Virus record (IMG/VR): IMGVR_UViG_3300031555_003590
Coordinates: 64,001-128,000 of that record
Length of the DNA stretch: 64,000 bases
Strand: one strand, 5' to 3'
Source: a virus
Lineage: Duplodnaviria; Caudoviricetes
Shown here piece by piece: positions 1 through 10,372 of this stretch. Each line of letters begins with the position of its first letter. Position 1 is the first letter of the stretch. The notes under the pieces are model-generated. The model saw nothing but the letters and a program-made list of their open reading frames with translations, had not been told where the DNA came from and ran no database searches. Made by a program: the position numbers and the translations under genes.

Positions 1-529
1 CCGTAAATTTATCTTCAATATCAGCACTTAGCATATCAAATCTAGAATTAATAAGATCTTCAACTTTCTTAGCAGTTTTCTTAGCTGTTTTCTTAGAATT
101 CTTTTTACTATAGTATTCAATAGCTTTCATAATACGATTAACATCTTGATCAATATGGTCATGAATATCATCTGATACATCTTCAAGAAGTTCACTAAGA
201 AGATCAATTACATCAAGTATTTCGTCATCTTCAAAATCATTATCGTCATCATAAATTCCATTATCTTCCATAGTAAAACCTTCATCCTCAATATCTTCTT
301 CATTATTATCATCTAGCTGATAATCTTTATGATTTTTATTGCAATCACATTTAGAATCATTATTCATCTCTAATGAATTATTTTTAATACAATTTTCAAT
401 ACATTCCATCATTTCTTCAAAGCTTTTAAATTCTTTAGCATTCCCTCCATGAATGCTTACAGTAAATAAATCAATTAAATCATTTTTGTCAAGTTCATTA
501 CGATTAGTATCAGCGTTGTAGTGTTTCAT
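1..529 (-). CDS. Acidic hypothetical protein (runs off window start; not in ORF track)
   Basis: ATG at 529 with AGGAGG upstream on the minus strand; open frame MKHYNADTNRNELDK... with an Asp/Glu-rich middle, continuing to base 1. Confidence 0.8.
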   Translation of the reverse strand, partial: MKHYNADTNRNELDKNDLIDLFTVSIHGGNAKEFKSFEEMMECIENCIKNNSLEMNNDSKCDCNKNHKDYQLDDNNEEDIEDEGFTMEDNGIYDDDNDFEDDEILDVIDLLSELLEDVSDDIHDHIDQDVNRIMKAIEYYSKKNSKKTAKKTAKKVEDLINSRFDMLSADIEDKFT

Positions 530-590
530 GTTTAATTCCTCCTAAAAATTCAAGTAATAAAAGTGTCCGAGTATACAATTGTACTATATA

Positions 591-640
591 AGAATATATA
601 ATTATATATCGGATATACCTTTATAATATTTATATATTCT
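591..640. promoter_or_regulatory. Divergent pair of putative phage promoters (TATATATTCT)
   Basis: TATATATTCT on minus (591-600) and plus (631-640), each facing a gene start. Confidence 0.55.
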
Positions 641-687
641 TATAATAGATATATGAAATAAAAATATTATTATAGGGAGATTATAAA

Positions 688-990
688 ATGAAAATTCTTA
701 TGACACTTAAAACACCAACTAAACAATCTACTCAATTAAATGGAAAAGTATTCTATCTTATGGGAGATAAATATCGACGAATAAAATTTATTGATGTTCA
801 AACTAATAATATTCTTAAAAATGCATATATTACTAAAAAAGAAAGGAATGGTGATATTACTACTATTACAACTTTAAGTGGAGAAATATATGAGTTAATT
901 AATGTCGGTAGTATTATTCCTACAGCAGGAATGGTTGGTAAAAATGATATTGTCTTTAATATCATTAATACAATAGTAAATAAAATTTAA
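688..990 (+). CDS. Hypothetical protein
   Basis: ORF with GGGAG RBS, downstream of promoter motif. Confidence 0.75.
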   Translation: MKILMTLKTPTKQSTQLNGKVFYLMGDKYRRIKFIDVQTNNILKNAYITKKERNGDITTITTLSGEIYELINVGSIIPTAGMVGKNDIVFNIINTIVNKI

Positions 991-1004
991 GGAGGAATAC
1001 TGAA

Positions 1005-1598
1005 ATGATGAAGCCTATTGATATCCCTGGAGCAATTAGATGTATTGAAAATAATATTATGGTTGAAGAAGAAATTTTCTTTATCAACATTAAAAATGTT
1101 GGTATTGTTAAATTTGAAGTAGACTATGATAATTTTGAAGAAAACATTCCTACTAGTATTGCTAATATTAATAAATCTGATGCAAAATATCATTGTATAA
1201 TTACAAGACCTTCTTTTAGAGGTAAAACTTTAAGATACCTTAAATGTGTTGAAGCAGCATATAAAATTTTATTTACTGCATTAGGTTGTGAAAATATTAA
1301 GAGAGTTATTCTTGATGCTGCTATCATTATTCATTGTATTTATAATGATAATAAAATTCATGATTTAAATATTATTGCAGAAGAATATCTAAACGAACAT
1401 TTTGGATTCATTGCTAGAACTAAAGCATCAGTAGTATATTTAGTAAATGATATGATCAATTCTAGATATGAAAATGCAATGAATCTTATAAATGTTCTAT
1501 ATAAAGATATTAAACTTGGTGAAGTTGGATATCCTCAGAGAATGTCTTTATTAATGTCATATGCTGGGATTAATACTGATTTTATGTTTAATGAATAA
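1005..1598 (+). CDS. Hypothetical protein, possibly a degenerate HD-fold
   Basis: AGGAGG RBS; AAIIIHC...EHFG spacing loosely resembles SpoT/Mesh1-type HD domains without the Asp. Confidence 0.7.
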   Translation: MMKPIDIPGAIRCIENNIMVEEEIFFINIKNVGIVKFEVDYDNFEENIPTSIANINKSDAKYHCIITRPSFRGKTLRYLKCVEAAYKILFTALGCENIKRVILDAAIIIHCIYNDNKIHDLNIIAEEYLNEHFGFIARTKASVVYLVNDMINSRYENAMNLINVLYKDIKLGEVGYPQRMSLLMSYAGINTDFMFNE

Positions 1599-1602
1599 AA
1601 AG

Positions 1603-1629
1603 AATGGTGGGAATTATATTCCCACCATT
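1603..1629. terminator. Bidirectional intrinsic terminator
   Basis: AATGGTGGGAA/TTCCCACCATT perfect stem between convergent genes. Confidence 0.85.
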
Positions 1630-1636
1630 ATCTTTT

Positions 1637-3058
1637 TTATATATTTAAATAAATAACCTCTTTGGCTAGTGTTACTATTTTCTTAAATCTAGATTTCCAA
1701 TACCATACTACTTGATTTATACTAGTATCTACTATATCAAAGAAGTAAGTATCTTTGTCTTCTGCATAAGGTCTTAATCGTCCAAACATTTGTTCTGCTA
1801 CTACCTTACTAGCTAAAGCTTCAGTATTAATAACAACACGTAATCCTTTAATATCTCGACCAGTACCAGTCGATTTAATTGTAGAAACTATGATATCTTT
1901 CTTTTCTGCAGATTTTTTATCTTCTGCACTTATTTTAGAATGATATGCTGCTACACTTTTATCTGGATAATCCTTTTTTAATTTTTTAACAACTTCATCC
2001 ACTGCTTCAATTAATGGAATAAATATTAATATTTTTCCTTCAATATTTTTTAATTTATTTAAAATTTCTAATATAGTTTTATATGCAGTTTCATTTTGAT
2101 CAGTAATAAATGCATATCTACCATAATTGGCTGATGTTAATGATCCTGTATATCCAATAACTTTTGCTCTATCTTTAGGACTAATTCTACTATTAATATT
2201 TACTACATGATATATTACATGTTTTCTAGTAACAGCCTTAGATTCATATTCACCATAAGTAGTTACAGAATTAAATGCTTTTTTAAAACATGCTGATTCT
2301 GTTTTATCACTTCTATCAAATGTAGCAGTAAGATATAATGTTTTATTTGTATTACTAAAGAAATCCATTAATAATATATTTGCAAATTCCATATGTGATT
2401 CATCATATACTTTAATACCAACATTAAGTTTTTTAAAGAATTTATGAAGCATATATCCATTATGAGAACTTAAGAAACTTCTAAGTGTTTGATGGTTAAC
2501 AAAATAAATATCAGCTGGTTCAACTAAATCTTCTAATATAGCTTCCATTATATTGCTACCAGCTATATTCATTAATTCTTTAGGTCTATAATCAAACATT
2601 TTATGATATGTTGAAATCCATTGTTGTTTAAGAGATTCATTTGGAGTAATAATCAAAGTTTTTAAATTTAGTTTAGTAGAAGTATATGCAACACAGAACG
2701 TCTTTCCTTTACCAGTTGCTAAGTTAAGTCCTAATTGTCTACCATCTTCACATAAGAATTTTATACTATCTTCTTGTAATTGATCTTTAGGTTCATATAA
2801 TGAATAATGTTGTCTAGACATTTTTTCACATGGATCGAATTCATTTATAAATTTAGCTTTACATTCAGTAAGTCTTTCTAATTTACTAATTGATGCTCCT
2901 CTAGGTAAATATAATTTACCATCTTCAATCATATATCCGCATGGAAAATCATTACCAGTAAATTTATCTGTCGCAGTAAAATCGTCCTCAATAACAGGTA
3001 TATCATCTTTTTGATATGGATATAATTCTATATGAGTATTATAAACATCTATATTCAT
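1637..3058 (-). CDS. Superfamily 2 helicase (UvsW-like)
   Basis: Walker A ATGKGKT, motif II YDESH, motif III TAT, motif VI QMFGRLR. Confidence 0.9.
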   Translation of the reverse strand: MNIDVYNTHIELYPYQKDDIPVIEDDFTATDKFTGNDFPCGYMIEDGKLYLPRGASISKLERLTECKAKFINEFDPCEKMSRQHYSLYEPKDQLQEDSIKFLCEDGRQLGLNLATGKGKTFCVAYTSTKLNLKTLIITPNESLKQQWISTYHKMFDYRPKELMNIAGSNIMEAILEDLVEPADIYFVNHQTLRSFLSSHNGYMLHKFFKKLNVGIKVYDESHMEFANILLMDFFSNTNKTLYLTATFDRSDKTESACFKKAFNSVTTYGEYESKAVTRKHVIYHVVNINSRISPKDRAKVIGYTGSLTSANYGRYAFITDQNETAYKTILEILNKLKNIEGKILIFIPLIEAVDEVVKKLKKDYPDKSVAAYHSKISAEDKKSAEKKDIIVSTIKSTGTGRDIKGLRVVINTEALASKVVAEQMFGRLRPYAEDKDTYFFDIVDTSINQVVWYWKSRFKKIVTLAKEVIYLNI

Positions 3059-3131
3059 AATTTTAAATCACCTCCAAAATTAACATTGTTTGTATGTTGA
3101 TAAAATAATATATCATTTTAATAAAAAGAAA

Positions 3132-3152
3132 GGTGGGAAAATGTTTCCCACC
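3132..3152 (-). terminator. Intrinsic terminator
   Basis: GGTGGGAAA/TTTCCCACC stem with T-tract on minus strand. Confidence 0.75.
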
Positions 3153-3163
3153 CAGATATTATA

Positions 3164-3688
3164 TTATACAATTTGAAATAGTCTTATAATTGAAAATCCA
3201 CAATCTTCAATTGGATAATTAAATCGTTTCTTTAATGCAAGTGTCATATCATCTATAAATATTCTATATTTGATATCAGTAAATTCAGCTTTCTTTAACT
3301 TTAATGGAATCAAAGCTTTATTAATATTGATATCATATTCAAGTCCTTCAATATTAATTTTTAATAGATTACCTGCATAAAGTTCATTACAATCTAAATC
3401 AACCCAGGAATCGCTATTTAAATCATTACAATATGAACAATTTTTGATGATATCATTATTTTCATCATCAATAACATCTAATTCTTGTATATGGGATTTA
3501 AATTTAGGATTTTCAATTAATGCATTCCATAAACATTGATCTACTGGAATTAGAATTGTATGTTCTTTAGGATTTTTAGAAATTAATATCCTATTCATAA
3601 ATAAATAATCTGTAAGAGATGATCTATCCATTACATCTTCAAATATATTTATTGCATCTTCAATACTTTGCTTTTTCGCTTTGGCCAA
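3164..3688 (-). CDS. Hypothetical protein
   Basis: 174-aa ORF overlapping the upstream HD gene, AGGAG RBS. Confidence 0.8.
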   Translation of the reverse strand: MAKAKKQSIEDAINIFEDVMDRSSLTDYLFMNRILISKNPKEHTILIPVDQCLWNALIENPKFKSHIQELDVIDDENNDIIKNCSYCNDLNSDSWVDLDCNELYAGNLLKINIEGLEYDININKALIPLKLKKAEFTDIKYRIFIDDMTLALKKRFNYPIEDCGFSIIRLFQIV

Positions 3689-4452
3689 AACTTATTCACT
3701 CCTAACTGTTTAATTCCATTATTTTTACCTACTAATGGGTTTACTGATTTTAGTCTTTTATAATAATACTCTGTAGTAATTTCAGATTGCTTATCTGGTG
3801 TTTTACCTTGAGCAATTAATCTAGCAATATATAATCCTAGACTATAATTAAACTCATTTCCGTTTTCACCAAATACAGTTTTATCTAAATCAACTCTGAC
3901 TAGATGATTTCGGTAATTAATCCGTAAATAATTTGATGATAATTTATCAGCCAACATCATAATATCAACTGATGTTTTGATCTTATCATCAAGTGTTTTA
4001 TATACATCAATGATAGGACAAGAATGAAACATTACTGGATATAAAATTTCTTTATCAGTAATTCCAAATTCTTTATAAAGAAAAATGCCAGCAGCTAATG
4101 CATGTAATTGAACATCGGTATTAAAATAATCTGATAAATTAAATTCATCTAATATATCCAGATTCATTCTAACATACCTATTGAGATCTTGTGGAATATT
4201 ATGACCATTCCAATTTACTTTTCCATCTTTTGATGGGTCTAATCCAATATCTTTAAGTATATCATGTGCAAGAGCAGCATAACTAATTTTTATTGGATCA
4301 GCAGGCAACCCTAATTTATGATTTAATAACAATGCATATCTACATGCTAACTTAATATGTTTCATATGATAATTAAATGTTAAACGTTCTTTTTGTGTAA
4401 ATTTATTTAAGTTTAACAATAATTTAGACTGGGTGTAAAATTTCATATTCAT
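3649..4452 (-). CDS. HD-domain phosphohydrolase, YqeK-like
   Basis: H...LAHDILK, LHALAAG, EILYPVMFHS, ADKL match YqeK-type HD spacing; start moved to ATG 4452 (GAGGT RBS). Confidence 0.75.
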   Translation of the reverse strand: MNMKFYTQSKLLLNLNKFTQKERLTFNYHMKHIKLACRYALLLNHKLGLPADPIKISYAALAHDILKDIGLDPSKDGKVNWNGHNIPQDLNRYVRMNLDILDEFNLSDYFNTDVQLHALAAGIFLYKEFGITDKEILYPVMFHSCPIIDVYKTLDDKIKTSVDIMMLADKLSSNYLRINYRNHLVRVDLDKTVFGENGNEFNYSLGLYIARLIAQGKTPDKQSEITTEYYYKRLKSVNPLVGKNNGIKQLGVNKFWPKRKSKVLKMQ

Positions 4453-4584
4453 AAAATATGACCTCTTTCCATAATATTTATTATATATAGAATATATAAT
4501 CAAAATGCGTATATATTCTAATATAGTAGTATAGAAAGAAATTAAATTCTATACATCCAGTTATTTTAAGGAGGCTAAAACAAT

Positions 4585-5436
4585 ATGATTAGTAATAATC
4601 AGCAACATCGAAAATGTAAAAGAGGTAAAAATTCTAAACTTCAAAAAACATTAGATTGGGTTATTGATCCAGCTAACTTATCTTGGATATTTATATCCAT
4701 AACTATTCTTGCATTTACAGCAGCTGTTATCGTAAATTCTTATAAAGATTCAAATCATTTTAGAAACAATACAACCAATTCATCTCTTATAACATGTATT
4801 GGTTATATTGGTTCTGATATTGTCACAGAACAACCACCAGCTGAATTCATTTCATACGCAGCTCCTAAAAGAACAATTAAGGAGCAACTTACATTAGAAG
4901 AACAACTTGGAAATGATGAAATTATATTAGATGATGTAACAATGATTAGACATGATTTACCAGATAAGTATTATCCAAATATAGACTTTTCCAGTTTTCA
5001 ACCATTTATGTGTTATACCAAAGTCACTAATGAAAATGCACCTGCATATGATGTTGTACATAGTGACAATACATATACAGATGATTATGGTCTTAGAAGA
5101 TATAAGATTAGTGATGATCAATTTTCAATTAATGGTCAAGATGATTATATGATTGCTCTTGGTACATTTTATAAACCAGAAATGGTTGTTGGAAATCGAT
5201 ATTTGATTGTCACTACAAATGGTATGTATACTGCTACTACAGGTGATGAAAAATCAGATATGCATACTAATGAAACAAATATGTTTTCTGTACATAAGAA
5301 TGGTCAAATTGGTATGATTGAATGGATTGTTGATTGGGATAAATTAAATTCAGATATTCAAGTAAGCGGTACAGTTACAATTGGTGGTCCTGATGTAATT
5401 AAAGGACAAATTCTTTATATGTATGAAATCCAATAA
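4585..5436 (+). CDS. Membrane-anchored protein, possible cell-wall-acting (3D/DPBB-like) domain
   Basis: N-terminal TM helix; YMIALGTFY...GDEK...IEWIVD pattern; holin-like gene follows; function is inference. Confidence 0.5.
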   Translation: MISNNQQHRKCKRGKNSKLQKTLDWVIDPANLSWIFISITILAFTAAVIVNSYKDSNHFRNNTTNSSLITCIGYIGSDIVTEQPPAEFISYAAPKRTIKEQLTLEEQLGNDEIILDDVTMIRHDLPDKYYPNIDFSSFQPFMCYTKVTNENAPAYDVVHSDNTYTDDYGLRRYKISDDQFSINGQDDYMIALGTFYKPEMVVGNRYLIVTTNGMYTATTGDEKSDMHTNETNMFSVHKNGQIGMIEWIVDWDKLNSDIQVSGTVTIGGPDVIKGQILYMYEIQ

Positions 5437-5440
5437 CATT

Positions 5441-5471
5441 AAAAAGAAAGAGGAATTTCCTCTTTCTTTTT
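5441..5471. terminator. Intrinsic terminator
   Basis: AAAAAGAAAGAGGAA/TTCCTCTTTCTTTTT inverted repeat. Confidence 0.8.
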
Positions 5472-5518
5472 TATACTTTTATTTAATTAAATAAATAATT
5501 AAAGGAGGAAAATTTATT

Positions 5519-6046
5519 ATGGATGCATATATGATATTTCAATATATTATAGATAACTTAGCTGTACCAGTTTTAATTGCAATTGGTGGAGGTATTGCAT
5601 TAATCGTAAACAAATATTTTGATAAGATTACGAAAAGCATTGAAGTTAAAAATGAAATTGAAAGTATTGAAAAACGGATGAAAACCAGACAAGATATTTT
5701 AGAAACTTTAAGACCAACAGTCGAAGCAGCAGTTGCATCTAATATGCAATTGGCAAATAAATTAAGAGAACGGAATGGTAAATTAACTGAAGAAGATGCT
5801 GCTTCATTAAATGAATCTGCTAAAGAATTGGTTATGAATACACTTCCTGCAAGTCTTACTGAAGAAGAAGGAGTACTTTTAGATATTATTGGTGGTAGAG
5901 ACCAACTTGATACTGCTATTAAAATTATGATTGAACAATATGTTTATGAATATAAACTTCAACAAAATAATTCAAATAATAAAACAGTTCAAAATAATAA
6001 TAGTAAACCTAAAAATATTATTTCATATTTTTTAGAAAATATATAA
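5519..6046 (+). CDS. Putative holin (LL-H-like)
   Basis: Single N-terminal TM followed by a helical domain with EAAVASNMQ...IEQYV. Confidence 0.5.
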   Translation: MDAYMIFQYIIDNLAVPVLIAIGGGIALIVNKYFDKITKSIEVKNEIESIEKRMKTRQDILETLRPTVEAAVASNMQLANKLRERNGKLTEEDAASLNESAKELVMNTLPASLTEEEGVLLDIIGGRDQLDTAIKIMIEQYVYEYKLQQNNSNNKTVQNNNSKPKNIISYFLENI

Positions 6047-6050
6047 TAAT

Positions 6051-6091
6051 ATAAAATGATGAGTGGGAATTAGTCCCACTCATCATTTTAT
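6051..6091. terminator. Intrinsic terminator
   Basis: 18-bp perfect stem ATAAAATGATGAGTGGGA/TCCCACTCATCATTTTAT. Confidence 0.85.
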
Positions 6092-6152
6092 ATATTTACA
6101 AATACCAAGTTTATAATTGGTATAAATAATTAATAAAAGGAGTTGATATAAA

Positions 6153-9100
6153 TTGAAAATTAACATATTGGATTATGAACAATTAATTGCAGTTAATAAA
6201 TTGCAAGAAGTAACATCTCCAAGATTATTTTCAAATAAAATGATGTATGATCCAGAAGGTATTTTATCATCAGAAATTTTTGGTATTTCAAAAGGTGACA
6301 GACGTAGTACATTTGCATATATTGATCTTAAGCGTCCATATATTCATCCACATATTTATGCAAAAGTATTAAAATCAATGTATAAAAATATCATTTATAT
6401 TGTTTCTGGTCAACGATATTATTCCGTTAAAGATGGTGTATTAGTTGAAGATGATGATAATGGATGGACTGGATTACAATCATTATATGACCATTGGAAT
6501 GAAATTAATTGGAAAAAAAGTAAATCTGCAAATAGTGTAAATAAAAAATTAATGGAAAATTTAACTAGAGATCAAGTTTTTATTACAAAATTTTTAGTAT
6601 GCCCTCCAGCATACCGTGATGTATTATTAGCTGGTACAGTTGATTCATCTGATCATGTTAATGAATTAAATGATTTATATGTTAGATTAATTAGAATGGT
6701 ATCATTATTATCTGAGGGAGGTTTATTTGCAGCAACACAATACGCAACCCAATCAAAAATCCAAGATACATTAGTAGATATTATGATTTATTTCAAGAAT
6801 ATGATATCTAAAAAGAAGGGTCTTATTAGACAAAATTTGATTGGTAAAAGTGTAACATATGGTGTTAGAGCAGTTATTTCAGCTCCTTCATATAACCATG
6901 AACGTATTACAGATAATATTATAGATATTGAACATACTGCAGTTCCAATTTCAATGGCATGTTCATTATTTTATCCATTTATAGAAGCCTGGTTAAAAAA
7001 TTTCTTTACTAGAGAAATTATTAATGATCCAAATATTGTAACATTTTATGATTATGAAACTAAAAAAGAGGTTACTGCAATTATTAAAGATCCAGATATC
7101 CAATTTTCTGAAAAAAATATTAAAAAGATGATCAATGATTATTGTTTAAATCCTGATAATCGTTTTAAAGTAATAAATGTAGATATAACAATACCAGGAT
7201 CAAATATATCAAAGAAAGCATCTATTATATTGAAAGGCAAAATATTATTAGAAAATAATATTCAAACCGTATTAAATAGATCAATGACTGTTACTGATAT
7301 TTTATATTTAGCATGTGTAGATGTTTGTGAACGTAGACATATTATGGTTTCTAGATATCCTGTAGGAACTGATAAAGGTATTTATTTTAATAAAATTAGA
7401 ATTCAATCTACTACACAACATATGCATGTTATATTTAATGGAAAAGAATATCCGTTCTATCCAAAAATTGATTTTGATATCCCTCAAGATAAGATTGGAG
7501 TTCAATATATTGATACACTAGTTATGTCTAATTCTCATCTTGATGGTATGGGTGCGGATTGGCCTCATCGTCATGATCCGCTACTGTAGTAATACAGTAC
7601 AAGAATAAGCTGGTGAACGCCTAACAAGCGGTGTGATATACATTAGTATATTGCTAACGGTAGAAGTTAAATAAGCCGGGGTAAACTAGCCCATTTACCT
7701 ATACTAAACGGACGAATAAGCTTCGTAAGAGAACCTAAGGTCTATAAATAGATAGCTTTGGTAATACCGTGCTAAGCATACAAATATTATTGTATGAAAG
7801 TGTAGAGACTAATTAGTAGGGGTATGGTGGAATGCTATACTTCGAAGTGCCAGCCTCCTAAATATAATATTCCACCATAGCGTGGTTAATTATTTAGGAT
7901 GAAGAGATAGTCCATGTAAAATTATTCATCTTTATATACTAGCTCAGGAAGAATTTCAAAATCTTGAAAATATTCTTTATTAGTATTATCTTTAAGATAC
8001 ATATCTATAGTAGTATATAATTCTTTATAGAAAGTTTTAGATTTCTCAGAATGCCTATCTCCAACAGGAAGACAATCTCCTAAAACGTTTCGTTCTAATA
8101 TATCAGCTCTTTTATTAACATTAATATAGAATATAAACCAACCTTTGTATGGTCTACCTTTACGTACAGAATTTTTTATCATGTCCTTACTAGAGTTCAT
8201 ATAATTACCAAATAATTTCATTGATTCAGAAAATATTATTTGTTTCTTATTCATATTTATACATATAATACCTTCTGATCTTAATTGTTTATCTTTTGCT
8301 ATCATTTTACGACCAATTTTATTTATATTGGCTGAAGAATGAGGAATATTATATCCACTATTAATGGAATCAAAAATATCAATAAAATAATTTTCCATAT
8401 CTATATGATTATCTCTAGTAGTCTCTGCAATAGGATACATGATAAAGTTTTCAAAACCATATTCAATCATTGCTCTAAGTATAGGTCTATAGTTACGTTT
8501 AGCTGTAGTAGAGGAATTTTTTATAGCTCTATTATATTCATATAAGTATTGAGAAGCTCTTTTTGTTAATGATGAATATGCAGTAGGACGCTGTACGCCT
8601 TGCCATATTGAATAACTAGATCCAATATATTTTGTTCCTTTTTTAATATATTCAATACAATATATGTATCCAAAAGGTTTTTCAAATGGGTCTTTTAGTT
8701 GATATTTTTTAGGAATTGGTCTAATTTGGAGAAAGTTTGACATGAGTTCTCGATTTCTTTCTAATTCAGATTGTTGCAACATAATAAATTACCTCCTTAA
8801 TTTTAAATTACTATTTGGTATGTCAGATTTAATTTTTTATTGAGGCTAGTAAAAATAAATGAATAATAAAAAAAGATGACGGAGACCAGGTCTCTGTAAG
8901 AGGTCTATGGAGTGATGAAGCAAATTTAGAAGCAGAACAAATCATGAATCAAAAAACTTCAGCATTAAATATTACTGGTACTAATGCAAAAGCAGTTGCT
9001 AAAGAAGTATTTAATTCTCTATATGAATTAACTAAAGATGGTCCTAATGGTAAACACATTAATATAGTAGATCAAAAGAAATATTTAGAATTAAAACCAG

Positions 9101-10278
9101 ATGATATTACTAGATCATTACTAGCAGATATGTTTGCTGATATGGTAGATTCTTCTGATAAAAATAGAAATGTTGGTAAGAAACATCCTAAACATAAAAC
9201 TTGGGATATTATTAGTGTGCCTAAGGATTATTTTTATGAAGGATTTACTGGAATGGATATGAATATTGGTAGATTTATTGCTAACAAATTTATGTTTGAG
9301 AGTAGTGGAATAATTTCTATTCTAGGTGTATTCAATAATGTAATGAATAAAGGTAGTATTGGTAGTATTGATAACCTAGTAGGTCAAATTTATATGGAAA
9401 ATAAAATTAATAGAAAACAATTCAATTCTTATATTGAACATCGTGATGCTCTAGGTTATTGGTTGAATGGTATGTTAGCTCATACTATATCTGAAAAAAT
9501 GTTAAAGCCTTTAGATAAAGTAGAAAAGAAAAAAGCTGAATTAATTAAACAATATGAGAAAGAACTTTCTGAAGGTAATATTGATGTAATGACTCAAATT
9601 AGTGATGAATTAGTTGCATATGCTAAAGAGTTACTAAAAGATGATCCTGGTATGGATTTATATTTATCAGGAGATCTAGACTTTGGTAATAATTATAAAA
9701 ATAATGCTATACTAAAAGGAGCTGTAGTTAATAAAATTACAGATGAATATGATTTTATTAGTAGCTCATTTATGAGTGGTATTGAAATTAAAGATATTCC
9801 AGCACATGCTAATAGTATCTTGGCTAGTCAATATCCTGCTTCTATTGCAACTGCAGATGCTGGATATATGGGTAAAAAGTTATTAGCATTATTACAAATG
9901 ATGGAAGTAGATTATGATATTGAAGATTGTGGTACAAAACATTTAGTTCCTATCAAAATTACTAAAACTAATTCCAAAGATATGTTGTATACATATATTG
10001 ATAATGGTAGTGGACAATTAATTATGTTAGATCGAGATAATATTAGTAGTTATATTGGAAAAACAGTAATGATGAGAAGTCCAATGACTTGTGTTACTGA
10101 TAAAATTTGTTCTAAATGTGCTGGTAATTTGTTTAATATGTTAGATGTTAAACATGCTGGATTATTTGCTACTCAAATATCACATGCTGCTTTAAATTTA
10201 GCATTAAAAGCTAAACATAATAGTCTTGTAGAATTATTTACTTTTAATCCTGATGATTTAATTGAGGATATTGAATAA
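6153..10278 (+). CDS. RNA polymerase beta' subunit (probably virion RNAP), spliced join(6153..7560,8876..10278), 936 aa
   Basis: GILSSEIFG, PPAYRD, LIGKSVTYGVRAVI, RYP; splicing restores GAD-Y-DGD (GAT T|AT GAC GGA GAC); then bridge helix TADAGYMGKKL, Zn site EDCGT..RSPMTC..CSKC, and trigger-loop start. Confidence 0.9.
7561..8875 (+). ncRNA. Group I intron in the catalytic motif of beta'
   Basis: Exon ends in U; guide CGTCATGATCCGC pairs with both 5' exon GCGGATT (P1) and 3' exon ATGACG (P10); core elements GTAGAGACTA and GAAGAGATAGTCC; terminal G8875; frame restored. Confidence 0.9.
7922..8782 (-). CDS. GIY-YIG homing endonuclease, antisense within the intron
   Basis: GYIYCI...YIGS, conserved Arg, MENYFI, GYN; own AAGGAGGT RBS. 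Confidence 0.85.
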   Translation of the reverse strand: MLQQSELERNRELMSNFLQIRPIPKKYQLKDPFEKPFGYIYCIEYIKKGTKYIGSSYSIWQGVQRPTAYSSLTKRASQYLYEYNRAIKNSSTTAKRNYRPILRAMIEYGFENFIMYPIAETTRDNHIDMENYFIDIFDSINSGYNIPHSSANINKIGRKMIAKDKQLRSEGIICINMNKKQIIFSESMKLFGNYMNSSKDMIKNSVRKGRPYKGWFIFYINVNKRADILERNVLGDCLPVGDRHSEKSKTFYKELYTTIDMYLKDNTNKEYFQDFEILPELVYKDE

Positions 10279-10372
10279 ATAATTATATATTCTAAATGTG
10301 AGATCAGGTAATATAAAATTTAAACCTGTATAACTCTCTGATTAATTATTTAACACAAGGAGGAACTAAAAG

